DNA of 64,000 nucleotides from Mycobacterium phage prophiT46-2: the sequence record OQ417970.1; one strand, 5' to 3'. This document shows, one piece after another, positions 54,717 to 64,000 of this stretch. Position numbers and translations under genes: made by a program. The notes under the pieces are model-generated. The model was not told the origin of the DNA, did no database searches, and was given only the letters and a program-made list of their open reading frames with translations. Every line of letters begins with the position of its first letter. Position 1 is the first letter of the stretch.

Positions 54717-55993
54717 GCGAGCACTTCGCGATCGTCGGCGACGCCATCGCGCCGCAGCCCTGGATGCAGATGCGCCACCTCAAAGGCGCCGAAGTACCTT
54801 CGGTGTCAAAGTCTTACGACACATCCGGTGGCGGAAACAAGAACGACGCAGTCCACGCGATCGTGGTGTCCTGGACGAACAACACCCCGATTCCGCAGTC
54901 GGTCTACGGCATGGTGACTCGGGAGGGCGCCCAGGTGACGCTGCAGGCACGATCTCGCGGCTACCTGCTCACCCTCCACGGCCGCGATATCACCGCAACC
55001 GCGGCGGTGCCGACATCGTGGGACATGGCCGAGGTCAGCAAGTTCGGTATCGGCGGCGACATCGGCAAGGGCGGAATCCTGGCTCTCGGCACTGGATTCG
55101 GGGTCAGCGAGATCCGGCAGAACTCAGCCAGCATCCCGTTGATGCCGCACTGGACCGGCTGGAGCATCGTGGCACCCGGGCAGACGTTCCATGGCCGGGT
55201 CGAGGTGCGGTTCCGGACGGACTTCTGGGAGAACACCTCGATCGACGGCGGCGACCAAAACACCGAATCGGGCTTCATCTCCGGCGGCACCCGCCTGGAT
55301 CTCTACGCCACCCCGGTCATCGGCGAGCCACCTGTCTTGTCGACCCCCACGGTTGTCGGGATAGAGCACTCGGTGAACAACACCTTCCACACCGACGTCG
55401 ATGTGCCCGCGGGCACTGCCTTAGGCGACATGCTTATTGCGGTGGTATCCAACCAGTTCGGGCTCATCAGCGACATCAAGCCCGAGCAGACCGGCTGGAC
55501 ACAGGTCCACGCCCGCGACGGCGGCTGGGAAGACGCCCACATGAAGGTGTACGTACGGGCCGCCAAAGCCACCGAACCGGCCTCCTACACGTTCGGCAAC
55601 GGCATACTGGCTGAGTCCATCGCACACCTGATCACCGTGCGCGGCGCCAACCCGCTGCTCGATGAGGGCTGGCAGTTCGCATCATCGCTACGCAAGAGAT
55701 GGTGGGAACGCTACGACGGCCATATCTGCCCATCGATCGACCGCGCCGGACAACTGCTGCTGTTGGTGTCCTACATCCCGCACAACGCGCTCCAAACCAC
55801 ACTCACGCAGACCGTGCCGGCCGGGACGACGGAACTGGAGAACGTAGACGGGAACCTGGCATGCAGCGCGGTGGCCGCACTGCCGAACCCGCCGCGGCCG
55901 ACAGGGGAACGCACGTTCGTCGCGTCGGAGGAACCGTCCTGGGCCGGCCGCTCCATCACGGCATCGATCCTGGTGCCCGGCAAGTTCCAGTAG
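54713..55993 (+). CDS. minor tail protein
   Basis: 426 aa from ATG 54713 overlapping the upstream stop. Confidence 0.55.
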   Translation: MSEHFAIVGDAIAPQPWMQMRHLKGAEVPSVSKSYDTSGGGNKNDAVHAIVVSWTNNTPIPQSVYGMVTREGAQVTLQARSRGYLLTLHGRDITATAAVPTSWDMAEVSKFGIGGDIGKGGILALGTGFGVSEIRQNSASIPLMPHWTGWSIVAPGQTFHGRVEVRFRTDFWENTSIDGGDQNTESGFISGGTRLDLYATPVIGEPPVLSTPTVVGIEHSVNNTFHTDVDVPAGTALGDMLIAVVSNQFGLISDIKPEQTGWTQVHARDGGWEDAHMKVYVRAAKATEPASYTFGNGILAESIAHLITVRGANPLLDEGWQFASSLRKRWWERYDGHICPSIDRAGQLLLLVSYIPHNALQTTLTQTVPAGTTELENVDGNLACSAVAALPNPPRPTGERTFVASEEPSWAGRSITASILVPGKFQ

Positions 55994-56012
55994 TTGCGCC
56001 TCGGAGGTTCAC

Positions 56013-56363
56013 ATGTACGACCCGCCAGACAGTTTCGACGACATGCTCGGTGACGCGGACCTGGCCCCGCAGACGGGCCCGTTCGTCCCGCTCGAAGTCC
56101 CCGGTGTCGGGGTCGTCAGGGCGCGCCGGCCGATGCCCAACGCCGTGCCGGTGCTGGCCATGTCGGTGAACGCCAAGATCGATGTTGTCGAGAAACAGGG
56201 CTACCTGACCTTGTTCCTGCAGAATCACCTGGAATCCGGCGAGCACGAACGCATCTTGGTCACCATGATGGGCGGCGAACTGCCGGCCGACAGCATGGGC
56301 AGAGTTGCCCGCGCGATAGCGACATGGGGCACGGCCCGCCCTACCTTGCCGTCATCACGCTAA
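56013..56363 (+). CDS. hypothetical protein
   Basis: 116 aa. Confidence 0.5.
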   Translation: MYDPPDSFDDMLGDADLAPQTGPFVPLEVPGVGVVRARRPMPNAVPVLAMSVNAKIDVVEKQGYLTLFLQNHLESGEHERILVTMMGGELPADSMGRVARAIATWGTARPTLPSSR

Positions 56364-56368
56364 GTGTG

Positions 56369-56695
56369 ATGGCGGCTACTCACTGGCGGGCGATTCGGAC
56401 CCGAATGCGGGGCGACGGCATCGCTGATCCGATGCGGCAGTTGCCGCACATGCACGCACTGATCGACGAAGCCGAGAAGGTGTGGCTGGAAGCCCTGCAC
56501 ACCGGCAACGAGGAAAAGGACAAGCACGAGCGCGAGCAGCTACTGGACCGGCTGTATGCGCCGACCACAGACGACGCCGAGACGCTGAACGGCGACGGAT
56601 ACCAAGCCAAACGCACGCCGCCGCCCGGGTTTGAAGATCCGGCCGAGGTCGAGGCCAACTTCGATGCGGTCGCGCGGGCTTTCGGCGGCCGGTAG
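56369..56695 (+). CDS. hypothetical protein
   Basis: 108 aa from ATG 56369. Confidence 0.4.
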   Translation: MAATHWRAIRTRMRGDGIADPMRQLPHMHALIDEAEKVWLEALHTGNEEKDKHEREQLLDRLYAPTTDDAETLNGDGYQAKRTPPPGFEDPAEVEANFDAVARAFGGR

Positions 56696-56724
56696 TTGCA
56701 CGCCGCCGCCTTAGCCTGCCCGGC

Positions 56725-57138
56725 ATGGCGAAGGTGGTCCCGTATCTCGACACGTCGGCCCCGCGCGGCCAGCGCCTCGCACCGGAGATGCGTGAGGAGA
56801 TCGCCGAAGTCGCGCCGTCGACCCTGAACGATGGCGCGGTCAAGACAGCGAAGCTGGCCGAAGGAGCAGTCACCGAACTGAAACTGGCTGCCGGAGCGGT
56901 TACTTCTCCCAAGATCGCGTCGAAGGGCGTCAAGGCCGTCAACATCGACGACGCTGCCGTTGGCACACCCCAGCTGGCCGCTGGTGCTGTCACCGCAGCC
57001 AAGGCCGGCGTCGGTGTTGTAACCGCCCACGACAGCGCAGGCAACGCCATCAAGCTCGACGCAGTGCCCATGACCTCGACCGACTACACAGCGCTGACGA
57101 CCAAAGAACCCAACGTCCTCTACCTGCTGAGCGACTGA
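56725..57138 (+). CDS. minor tail protein with short A-x-G-A-V-T-x-x-K-x-A tandem repeats
   Basis: KTAKLAEGAVTELKLAAGAVTSPKIASKGVKAV ... LAAGAVTAAKAGVGVVTA. Confidence 0.5.
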   Translation: MAKVVPYLDTSAPRGQRLAPEMREEIAEVAPSTLNDGAVKTAKLAEGAVTELKLAAGAVTSPKIASKGVKAVNIDDAAVGTPQLAAGAVTAAKAGVGVVTAHDSAGNAIKLDAVPMTSTDYTALTTKEPNVLYLLSD

Positions 57139-57836
57139 TGCCCGGTATCTACCTCGGCGGCACCGCTATCAAGGCAATGATGCTCGGCGAGAAGGCCATC
57201 ACCCGTGCATATCTCGGCGAAACCCTGGTGTGGTCAGCGAACCGGATCCGCGACGACTTCAACCGCGCTGACGGCGATCTCGGCGTCAACTGGGTGATCA
57301 GCCCCAGTATCGACGGCTATAAGCCCAGTGTGGTCGGCAATGTGTGTCGCCTCGGAGTGCCGGACGGGCTGCTCTCGCTGCAGCTGAACGGCGCTCACGC
57401 CCGCTACGTCGCCGCGCTGGATCGCGACGACGGCTATGTGGAGTTCCGCATCGGCAGCCAGGGATCAGGGCCGAGCCTGACCGGTGACCTGTGTAGAACC
57501 ACGGTACTGGCGCGCGGGTCCAACAATGCTGCCACCGGTGGCGTTGGCGTGCAAATGGATTCATCGACACTGCGGATCGTGCGGAGGGCCGGGGTGGACA
57601 CTGTGGTCAAGACGATCGGCACATTCGGCGCTGGCGATGTCATCCGGCACAACTTCGTCGGGAACGTACACACGTTCCGCCGCAACGGCAGCCTGCTCGA
57701 AGAGTGGAACGACGAGAACGCCACCGCCCCCAAGGGAACAGGAAACCGGTCGCTGATCATCTCCGTGCAGGGCTCCAAGGATCTCTTGGGGCCACGCAGG
57801 TTTGGCCCGGCCATTGACTACGTGGAGATGGGCTGA
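57138..57836 (+). CDS. minor tail protein
   Basis: 232 aa. Confidence 0.5.
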   Translation: MPGIYLGGTAIKAMMLGEKAITRAYLGETLVWSANRIRDDFNRADGDLGVNWVISPSIDGYKPSVVGNVCRLGVPDGLLSLQLNGAHARYVAALDRDDGYVEFRIGSQGSGPSLTGDLCRTTVLARGSNNAATGGVGVQMDSSTLRIVRRAGVDTVVKTIGTFGAGDVIRHNFVGNVHTFRRNGSLLEEWNDENATAPKGTGNRSLIISVQGSKDLLGPRRFGPAIDYVEMG

Positions 57837-57994
57837 TGTCGGCCCAGTCCTTCGCGCAGCTCGTCAAGTATCCGCTGTTCTACATCGCGCTGGCCGGGGT
57901 CTCGTTCCGGATTGGTTGGTGTGCAGCCCATTACGTCAGTGACCGCATGGACAACTTTGATCCAGATATCGGTAAGGGGAAGTACGGATGGTGA
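57836..57994 (+). CDS. small membrane protein (holin-like candidate, 52 aa, 1 TM)
   Basis: YPLFYIALAGVSFRIGWCAA hydrophobic segment; located just upstream of the lysis genes. Confidence 0.3.
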   Translation: MSAQSFAQLVKYPLFYIALAGVSFRIGWCAAHYVSDRMDNFDPDIGKGKYGW

Positions 57995-58275
57995 TCAAGG
58001 CCCGGATAGCTCAGTGGCGCGAGGAGTTGTTCGACAGCATCGGCAAGCAATGCGCGGCGGTGGTCCGTGAGCTGTTGACGAAGTTCCTCAACGATTTCCG
58101 GCAGGATGCGCGCGCCGAGGTCGCCGCGGTCGCGCGCAAGGCCGACGAATCGGTCGACAAGCTCACCGACGCCATCCCCGGCACCCTCGACGACCGCCTG
58201 TTCGACGGCAGGTTCGGTCAACTGCTGCAACATCTTGAACAGCTGGTCCCGCTCTTCGGTGGTGGCAGCCGATGA
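57988..58275 (+). CDS. hypothetical protein
   Basis: 95 aa. Confidence 0.45.
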   Translation: MVIKARIAQWREELFDSIGKQCAAVVRELLTKFLNDFRQDARAEVAAVARKADESVDKLTDAIPGTLDDRLFDGRFGQLLQHLEQLVPLFGGGSR

Positions 58276-59810
58276 GCTTCGTATGGTTCCGGCCCGACGG
58301 CCCGCTGCGCAGCCGCGAGCAAATCGCCTGCGAAGTACACGCCGTATCACTGGCACGTGGTCTTGACGAGCTCGCCACCGTTTTGGCGCTCATGTGCATC
58401 GACGTCGAGGTCGGCGCCGAAGACGACAACGGGGAGCGGCAGTGGTGGTGCCCGTGGAACGCAGCAGACCCGCAAACCGAGCAGTTCGACCACGACTCGC
58501 AATCCAACGATGCTCTCTCGTCGGGCTATTTCCAGCAGCAGGTCTCACGTCCTGGTGCGCCAGGGCGTCCCTGGGGCTGGGGCGGCCTGTTCGGCGACCT
58601 CAACGGTGCCAGGAAACGCATGACCCTGGCCGACTCCGCGGACATGTTCCTTGCCGCGCTGCCCGACGACTACGGGCGCGCTGCCGGAAACCCAGCCGTG
58701 GCAGGGCAGGTCGTGCAGCAGGTCCAGAAGTCGGCGTTCCCGGATCGGTATGCGCAGCGTTGGGGCGAAGCATGGTCGGTGCTGCGTCGCGCGCTGGCAG
58801 GCGGGCCCGTTGATCCGTCCGTGCCGACAACCCCGGATGTGCTGACACCGGCACCCGGCTTCCGCGGAGACCCATACTGGCTGGCCGATGTGCTGCGCGC
58901 CGAGGGGCTGCGCGTTTTCGAGATGGACGGCTGGAAAGACCGCGGAGAAGGCGACCAAGGCGTGCTGTGGGGCGCGGTGTTCCATCACACCGGCAACGCT
59001 AACGAGACCCCGGAAGGGATCGCATTCCATCCGACGCTGGGGCTGGCCGCGCACCTGCTGATCCGGCCCAACGGCGATGTATGGGTCTGCGGTATCGGCA
59101 AGGCCAACCATGCCGGTGTCGGGTCATGGCCCGGGATTCCCACCGACAACGCCAACCCGGTGACGATCGGGATAGAGGTCGCGATCCTGCCGCAGGAGAA
59201 CGCCCCACACCGGACCGGCTGGCCGTCAGTGCAATACGAGGCCACGGTCAAGGCATTCGCAGCGATCCTACGCAAGCTCGCCCAGACGGCGAAACGCGCT
59301 ATCTCCCACAAGGAATGGGCACAACTCGGCCCCGCCGGGGTGCGGCAGGGCAAGTGGGACCCCGGCGCTATCGACATGAACATCTTCCGCACCGACGTCC
59401 AGAGACAAATCGACACCCGCACCACAGGAGGTTTCCTTATGGCCCTGACCGACTCCGAACAGCGCGAGATCCTGGATTACGTTCGCGCGCAGAACGCGCC
59501 GATCCCGTCAGCTTCGCCGCTACGGCACCTCGGCGAAGGCAACGTGAACACCCGCGCCAACCTGGCGCGCGCCATCGACGCCAACCAGCACGTGACGGCA
59601 GTAGTCACCCTGGCCAAGGAAGGTCACACACCGTCCATCGCGCTGCTCTGGGAGGTATCGACCGCGGCCGACAACCCGGGCAAGTACCCGGACCGGCAGG
59701 AAGACGCCAAGCTCGCCAAGACGCTGCTGGCCAGCATCAGCAAGACCAAGAAGGCCGTCGCCGCCGAGGACATCGAAGCGTGGCTCGACGCCGAGAAGGC
59801 TGCCGCATGA
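58272..59810 (+). CDS. lysA: endolysin Lysin A (N-terminal peptidase-like domain plus N-acetylmuramoyl-L-alanine amidase / PGRP domain)
   Basis: Amidase_2-like core GVLWGAVFHHTGNANETPEG ... NHAGVGSW; 512 aa; ATGA overlaps. Confidence 0.8.
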   Translation: MSFVWFRPDGPLRSREQIACEVHAVSLARGLDELATVLALMCIDVEVGAEDDNGERQWWCPWNAADPQTEQFDHDSQSNDALSSGYFQQQVSRPGAPGRPWGWGGLFGDLNGARKRMTLADSADMFLAALPDDYGRAAGNPAVAGQVVQQVQKSAFPDRYAQRWGEAWSVLRRALAGGPVDPSVPTTPDVLTPAPGFRGDPYWLADVLRAEGLRVFEMDGWKDRGEGDQGVLWGAVFHHTGNANETPEGIAFHPTLGLAAHLLIRPNGDVWVCGIGKANHAGVGSWPGIPTDNANPVTIGIEVAILPQENAPHRTGWPSVQYEATVKAFAAILRKLAQTAKRAISHKEWAQLGPAGVRQGKWDPGAIDMNIFRTDVQRQIDTRTTGGFLMALTDSEQREILDYVRAQNAPIPSASPLRHLGEGNVNTRANLARAIDANQHVTAVVTLAKEGHTPSIALLWEVSTAADNPGKYPDRQEDAKLAKTLLASISKTKKAVAAEDIEAWLDAEKAAA

Positions 59811-60973
59811 ACGGTTCTGACGGGAAGTGGATCGGCTACGGGGAGGGTGATGAATCCGACGCGGTGATACCGATCGAACGCCGGCTGTTGCTCGCCTATC
59901 CGAAGAACAGCCGCGCTATCGAACACGGCGTCATCTTGGACCGCAAGTACACCGCGGCCACCAAGGCTTCGGTCATCGACATCACCACGTTCATGAACAA
60001 CGACCCCGGCGAATTGGAGCGTCTGCAGCGCATGGGGATCGCCACCCCACTGCGCAGTGATGGCGTGGCGAACCTCGACGTGCGCAAGGCCATCGGCGCC
60101 TACGTCGAAGCCCCTGCCAACCCGGCGCCGTCCGTGTACCCGATCCAGGGCGTGTGGGCTGATTCGCGGGCGTTTCTGAATCCGCCGACAGCGCATAGTT
60201 TCGTCAAGGCCACCAACGATTTCCGTGACGAGGCGATGCGCCTGTACCGGCCGATGGCGGGCACTCCGATCTGGCTTATCGGCTACAGCATGGGCGGGGT
60301 ATCGGTGCAGAAGTTCCTGGCCGCGCTCCCGCCCGAATGGCGCGAATACGTCGTCGGCGTGACCACATTCGGCGACCCGGCGATGCCCGCCGAAGGCAGC
60401 CTCAATGGAAATGATCCGGGGGAGGGGATCTCCAAAACTCCTCAGCCCTCCTGGGTGTGGGATCGCTACTGGTCCTATTCGATCGACGGCGACTGGTACC
60501 CGCGTGCCCGCGGCCTGCTGTTCCTGTTGTACGAGCTGCTGACTCGCGCAGAGCTGACCTTGGATTTCGCCAGCTATCTGTTCACCGTGTTCCCGAAACA
60601 GGCGTTCCAGCAGCTACTCGGGACCGCGCCGAGCGGCGACCCACTGCATGGAGTGTTGAAGGGCCTGGCCGGACTGATGACGTCGGGGCCTGCGAATGTG
60701 TTTGGCGCGCTACTCAATCCGCTGCAACTGTTCGCGATCCTGCCCGACCTGGTGCGCCTGCTATTCGACGCCATCAAGTTCATCGCCACCGGCGCACACG
60801 GCAAGTACGGGGACCCGGCCTATGCGCTGTGGGATGGCATGACAGCGGTCGACCACGCAGTGAAGACCATCCGACAGCAAGCGCCGGAAGGCTGCACACT
60901 GTTCCTGCTGCCGGGTACATGGGACGTATGGAACCACGGATTCCAGTTCGATGTTGCGGCTCAGCTCCAGTAG
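59807..60973 (+). CDS. lysB: Lysin B (mycolylarabinogalactan esterase; serine esterase / cutinase-like)
   Basis: GYSMGGVSV (GxSxG) nucleophile motif; directly downstream of lysA as in mycobacteriophages. Confidence 0.75.
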   Translation: MNGSDGKWIGYGEGDESDAVIPIERRLLLAYPKNSRAIEHGVILDRKYTAATKASVIDITTFMNNDPGELERLQRMGIATPLRSDGVANLDVRKAIGAYVEAPANPAPSVYPIQGVWADSRAFLNPPTAHSFVKATNDFRDEAMRLYRPMAGTPIWLIGYSMGGVSVQKFLAALPPEWREYVVGVTTFGDPAMPAEGSLNGNDPGEGISKTPQPSWVWDRYWSYSIDGDWYPRARGLLFLLYELLTRAELTLDFASYLFTVFPKQAFQQLLGTAPSGDPLHGVLKGLAGLMTSGPANVFGALLNPLQLFAILPDLVRLLFDAIKFIATGAHGKYGDPAYALWDGMTAVDHAVKTIRQQAPEGCTLFLLPGTWDVWNHGFQFDVAAQLQ

Positions 60974-61051
60974 TGCCACGGCTCCGCACGAGCGGAGCAG
61001 GCAGGGCCTTCGCTCGCTGTCAGCCCGACCGCCGAACCCCCGCCCCGACTC

Positions 61052-61210
61052 CTAGTTCATATGGTGGAGCTTGAACCCGATATCCGCGACTGCTTCTGCC
61101 AGCTTCTCGATCGCCTCAGCCATATAGCGCTCGTATTGGTTGTCGGCCGCCACCTTCGCCGAGGCCGCCAATTGTTGGGCGGTCTTGGCGTTGTTGCGTG
61201 AGGTAGCCAT
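61052..61210 (-). CDS. small helical protein (52 aa)
   Basis: ATG 61210 preceded by GGAGAATC SD on the - strand; MATSRNNAKTAQQLAASAKVAADNQYERYMAEAIEKLAEAVADIGFKLHHMN. Confidence 0.35.
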   Translation of the reverse strand: MATSRNNAKTAQQLAASAKVAADNQYERYMAEAIEKLAEAVADIGFKLHHMN

Positions 61211-61229
61211 GATTCTCCTACTCGGGGTT

Positions 61230-61535
61230 TTAGGGGTAGATGTGGTACTGGGGTTGCCCGAGCGGAGTCGGGGGAAACTCGTTCGGATCGACGGGGTAGC
61301 AGCGGCCCGTCGACGGCACCCAGCCGCTGACCTGACCGTACTGGCCGAATATCGGACCAGACGCGGAGCTAAAGCAGCGGTCCCATGTCCCGTCGGCCTT
61401 GATCGGCCCGTCGCAGTACTGCGCAAACGGTCCTGTCTCGCATCCCGCGCTGGCCGACGGGGCAGACCCGACGCCAGCGCCGGCGGCGATGAGAGTGGCA
61501 GCGACTGCCAAGTAGATTCGCCCCGGCTTGAACAT
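61230..61535 (-). CDS. small secreted Cys-containing protein
   Basis: Signal peptide MFKPGRIYLAVAATLIAAGAGVGSAPSASAG; 4 Cys. Confidence 0.5.
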   Translation of the reverse strand: MFKPGRIYLAVAATLIAAGAGVGSAPSASAGCETGPFAQYCDGPIKADGTWDRCFSSASGPIFGQYGQVSGWVPSTGRCYPVDPNEFPPTPLGQPQYHIYP

Positions 61536-61618
61536 GGCTGGATTCCCCCTCTGCGTGATGTTGAGGGGACTTTACAAGATCACGCCCAGGTCAGAAGTGG
61601 TAACCGCTGTGTACAGGT

Positions 61619-62353
61619 CTAATGCGGGACTTCGTCAAGCCCGTTTTCGCGCAGTGTGGCGGTCATAGCCTCCACGACCCGCTCCGCGGGCCAATCATCT
61701 GGCGCGGAAATCAGTGTGCCCCCGGCCAGTTCGGTAGCGGTGAGCCGGTCGACAAGATGGTTGATTTCCCCAACTTCGTCGCTGATCCACGTGCGGTAGC
61801 CGACGCCGATCTTCCAGTTTCCGCGACGAGCGAGCTGCCTGACGGGATCGTCTGTGAGAACCAACATCGCGGGCTCCCACGCCTGAGTAACCGCTCGACA
61901 GACCGCGTCGCCGTCGGCGCTCGTGAGCGCTCCTGTATACATCTCGCGCAACTCGATATTGAGGCGACGCCGCGGAAGGCGAGTACCCACCGCCGGATAC
62001 CCCGCCGCGATCCATGCTCGCAGCCGAACTCGCGAGCTGGCACCCGATACCACAAAGGAGTATCCCTCATTTGGCAAGATGTCGCCGATCTCTTCCGATG
62101 CGCCGACCAGCTCGCGCACTGGGTTGCTCCGCACGATGCCCGCCAGTACGTCCAGGGAGCCGGCCCACTCTTGACCTTCGGTTAGTCGCCATTCTGAAAT
62201 ATCGAAGGCCGCTCCAAACTGGCTGAGCAAGGCGTCTGTGTGCGCGGCAATCCACTCTGGAGATTCACCACACCCCACCCAGACCGCGCGGGCATTCGCA
62301 TCCCGGCCGCCCCATACGGGCGTTGTGGTTGTTGTGGTGTTCATGGTGGCCAT
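61619..62353 (-). CDS. candidate immunity protein for the upstream toxin
   Basis: 244-aa cytoplasmic protein encoded 4 bp downstream of the toxin stop on the same strand. Confidence 0.45.
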   Translation of the reverse strand: MATMNTTTTTTPVWGGRDANARAVWVGCGESPEWIAAHTDALLSQFGAAFDISEWRLTEGQEWAGSLDVLAGIVRSNPVRELVGASEEIGDILPNEGYSFVVSGASSRVRLRAWIAAGYPAVGTRLPRRRLNIELREMYTGALTSADGDAVCRAVTQAWEPAMLVLTDDPVRQLARRGNWKIGVGYRTWISDEVGEINHLVDRLTATELAGGTLISAPDDWPAERVVEAMTATLRENGLDEVPH

Positions 62354-62356
62354 ATC

Positions 62357-64000
62357 TTAGTTCCCCTGCGGTGCCGTGGGTGTGTAGATGACTTCAACTC
62401 CATCGATGTCGTTGTCGATGAACAGCTTTCGTAATGCAAAGGCCCCATAAGGGTCGGAAACGTGCCACTCCAACCTTGCGTCAGGTGGCAGCGCGGCCAA
62501 CTGTCTGTCGACCTGTTCGAGCGCCTTCATCGCCCGCCCGGTCCAGTACGTGCTATCAGGCGCGAACGCCATGCCCCGAAAGCCGTCTTTCGCTTCGAGA
62601 AAGACTTCTTGCGGGCCGCGATGAGTGTGCCCATCGAAGGCGACGGGCGCTCCCGTATCGGGGTCATGCTGTACCCACTCGGGCAGTGCCCCGCTAGGTG
62701 TTCGTTCAACTCCGCCGATCTGCTCCTGGTATGGCATCCAGTCTTTGTCGAAGTTGTGGTTGATGTGTTTCCAACCGGGCTCGGTATCGCCCTTGCTCCA
62801 AGTGGGCTCGGGGGTGCCAGGTGGCCAGCCGCCGGGGTGGTGCGGATCGCCCGAGGTGTAGTGCCGACCGGCGCTCGGATCGAAAGCGTCAGGCGTGGGT
62901 GGGTGATGTTGGGGCGGCGGGGGCGGTGAGTGATCTGGAGGCGGGGCCGGGTGGTCGACAGCTGGCGGCGAGTGATCGGCCACCGGGCCGGGATGGGCGC
63001 TCGGAGGATCGACGGATGTGTGCGCTGCCGAGGGCGCGTCGTGGGGAAGCCCTGGCGTGTCGGGCAGACCACCGCGACCAGCAACGGACGCGTCCTCCAG
63101 TCCTATCCGGCCGAAGGCGCCCTCGCCGCCTAATGGCACCGTCGTCCCGGCTATGGCCGCGTCGACCGTGGTCTTGCCGATGTTTTCGGGGATCTTCTCA
63201 GGATGCTGGTACGAGGTGACGGCCTGGTCGATTACGTTCTTGGCGTCTTCGGCCATCGCAGCACCGGGGAACAGTGTGCGTTCGATCTGGTGCTCGAGGC
63301 CCTTTGCGCTGTTCGTCCATGATTCGGCGAACTTGTCGGCGCCGTTAAGGCCCGCCTTGCTTTTGACCTCGTCGATCGTTCCGTCGATGCGGTCGTTGGC
63401 GCCTTTGAGGAACTGTTTGGCCACGCCAGAGCCGAAGCCGTCCTGCGGTTTGGCAGCGCCGGGCATCTTGTCGAGCGCCCCGATCGTCCCGGTGAGGCTG
63501 CCCGCCTTGCTGGGGTCGATGGTCAACTTGTCGCCCGCGCTAGGTGTCTTCGGGTACCACTCCTTGTAATCAGCCACCGCCGCGGTGCTTGCGGGTTTGG
63601 TGTCGCCCGCACCGGCGATGTCCTGTATGCCCTCAACAATCCCGTGGGGCTTGCCGCTGGCCGCGGTCGCCGTGGACAAGCCCTCGCCCGGTGTCGGGTG
63701 CACGGCGTCGCGCAGAATCTTGCGGCCATCGACCAGTGCGGTTTTGGGGTTGATGCAGCCGGTGATCTTCTGGGCTATGGCGTCGGCCTGGGCCTTGAGG
63801 GTTTGACAGCCCTTGTCCCACTGGGCGACATACCCTTTGACTTGGCGCTCAATATCGGCCACATGTTCGCGGTTGCGGGATATCGACTCATCGCTCTCGC
63901 CCTCGGCGGGGTGGTAGGCCATGTTGTAGTTCTGGTCGATCGAGACACCCTGGTCCTTGTGTGCCAGCACGCTCTCGATGAGACGTTGGCCATTGACCAG
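62357..64000 (-). CDS. polymorphic-toxin-like secreted protein, C-terminal part (gene start lies beyond the window end)
   Basis: Long Ala/Gly-rich helical region, His/Pro-rich linker (HSPPAVDHPAPPPDHSPPPPPQHHPPTPD), then a about 200-aa globular C-terminal domain; located at the prophage end after the lysis genes. Confidence 0.5.
   Translation of the reverse strand: MVNGQRLIESVLAHKDQGVSIDQNYNMAYHPAEGESDESISRNREHVADIERQVKGYVAQWDKGCQTLKAQADAIAQKITGCINPKTALVDGRKILRDAVHPTPGEGLSTATAASGKPHGIVEGIQDIAGAGDTKPASTAAVADYKEWYPKTPSAGDKLTIDPSKAGSLTGTIGALDKMPGAAKPQDGFGSGVAKQFLKGANDRIDGTIDEVKSKAGLNGADKFAESWTNSAKGLEHQIERTLFPGAAMAEDAKNVIDQAVTSYQHPEKIPENIGKTTVDAAIAGTTVPLGGEGAFGRIGLEDASVAGRGGLPDTPGLPHDAPSAAHTSVDPPSAHPGPVADHSPPAVDHPAPPPDHSPPPPPQHHPPTPDAFDPSAGRHYTSGDPHHPGGWPPGTPEPTWSKGDTEPGWKHINHNFDKDWMPYQEQIGGVERTPSGALPEWVQHDPDTGAPVAFDGHTHRGPQEVFLEAKDGFRGMAFAPDSTYWTGRAMKALEQVDRQLAALPPDARLEWHVSDPYGAFALRKLFIDNDIDGVEVIYTPTAPQGN

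Overview
High-GC (about 65% by eye) actinobacterial, Mycobacterium-like window that contains an almost complete temperate siphovirus-type prophage. It is integrated at the 3' end of a tRNA gene (positions 1-28). Left to right on the + strand it carries: a tyrosine integrase; a polytopic membrane protein of unknown function; an immunity switch (XRE repressor on the - strand, an array of TTGCGT/ACGCAA-type operator palindromes, Cro-like and Xis-like HTH proteins); a long translationally coupled early operon (YqaJ-type exonuclease plus RecT recombinase, RusA resolvase, C5-cytosine and Dam methyltransferases, a PAPS-reductase-like Cys-rich enzyme, HNH endonuclease, DUF4326, WhiB); an accessory region with its own AT-rich promoter/operator, a small serine recombinase and a clearly lower-GC block encoding a secreted Q/P-rich protein, an NTF2-like membrane-anchored protein and a lipoprotein; the packaging and virion module (ParB-methyltransferase fusion, large terminase, portal, MuF-like/protease fusion, capsid, connectors, 1863-aa tape measure with an embedded LAS/M15 peptidase signature, Gly-rich minor tail proteins); and lysis genes (Lysin A amidase, Lysin B esterase). 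At the right end, on the - strand, sits a polymorphic-toxin/immunity-like cassette whose toxin gene runs off the window. Best leads for novel biology: the low-GC secreted-protein/NTF2/lipoprotein cassette next to a serine recombinase; the integrase-proximal membrane protein (candidate prophage-encoded defence); and a tiny divergent two-gene cassette with a perfect 24-bp AT-rich palindrome between the two methyltransferase genes. No CRISPR array and no rRNA were seen.
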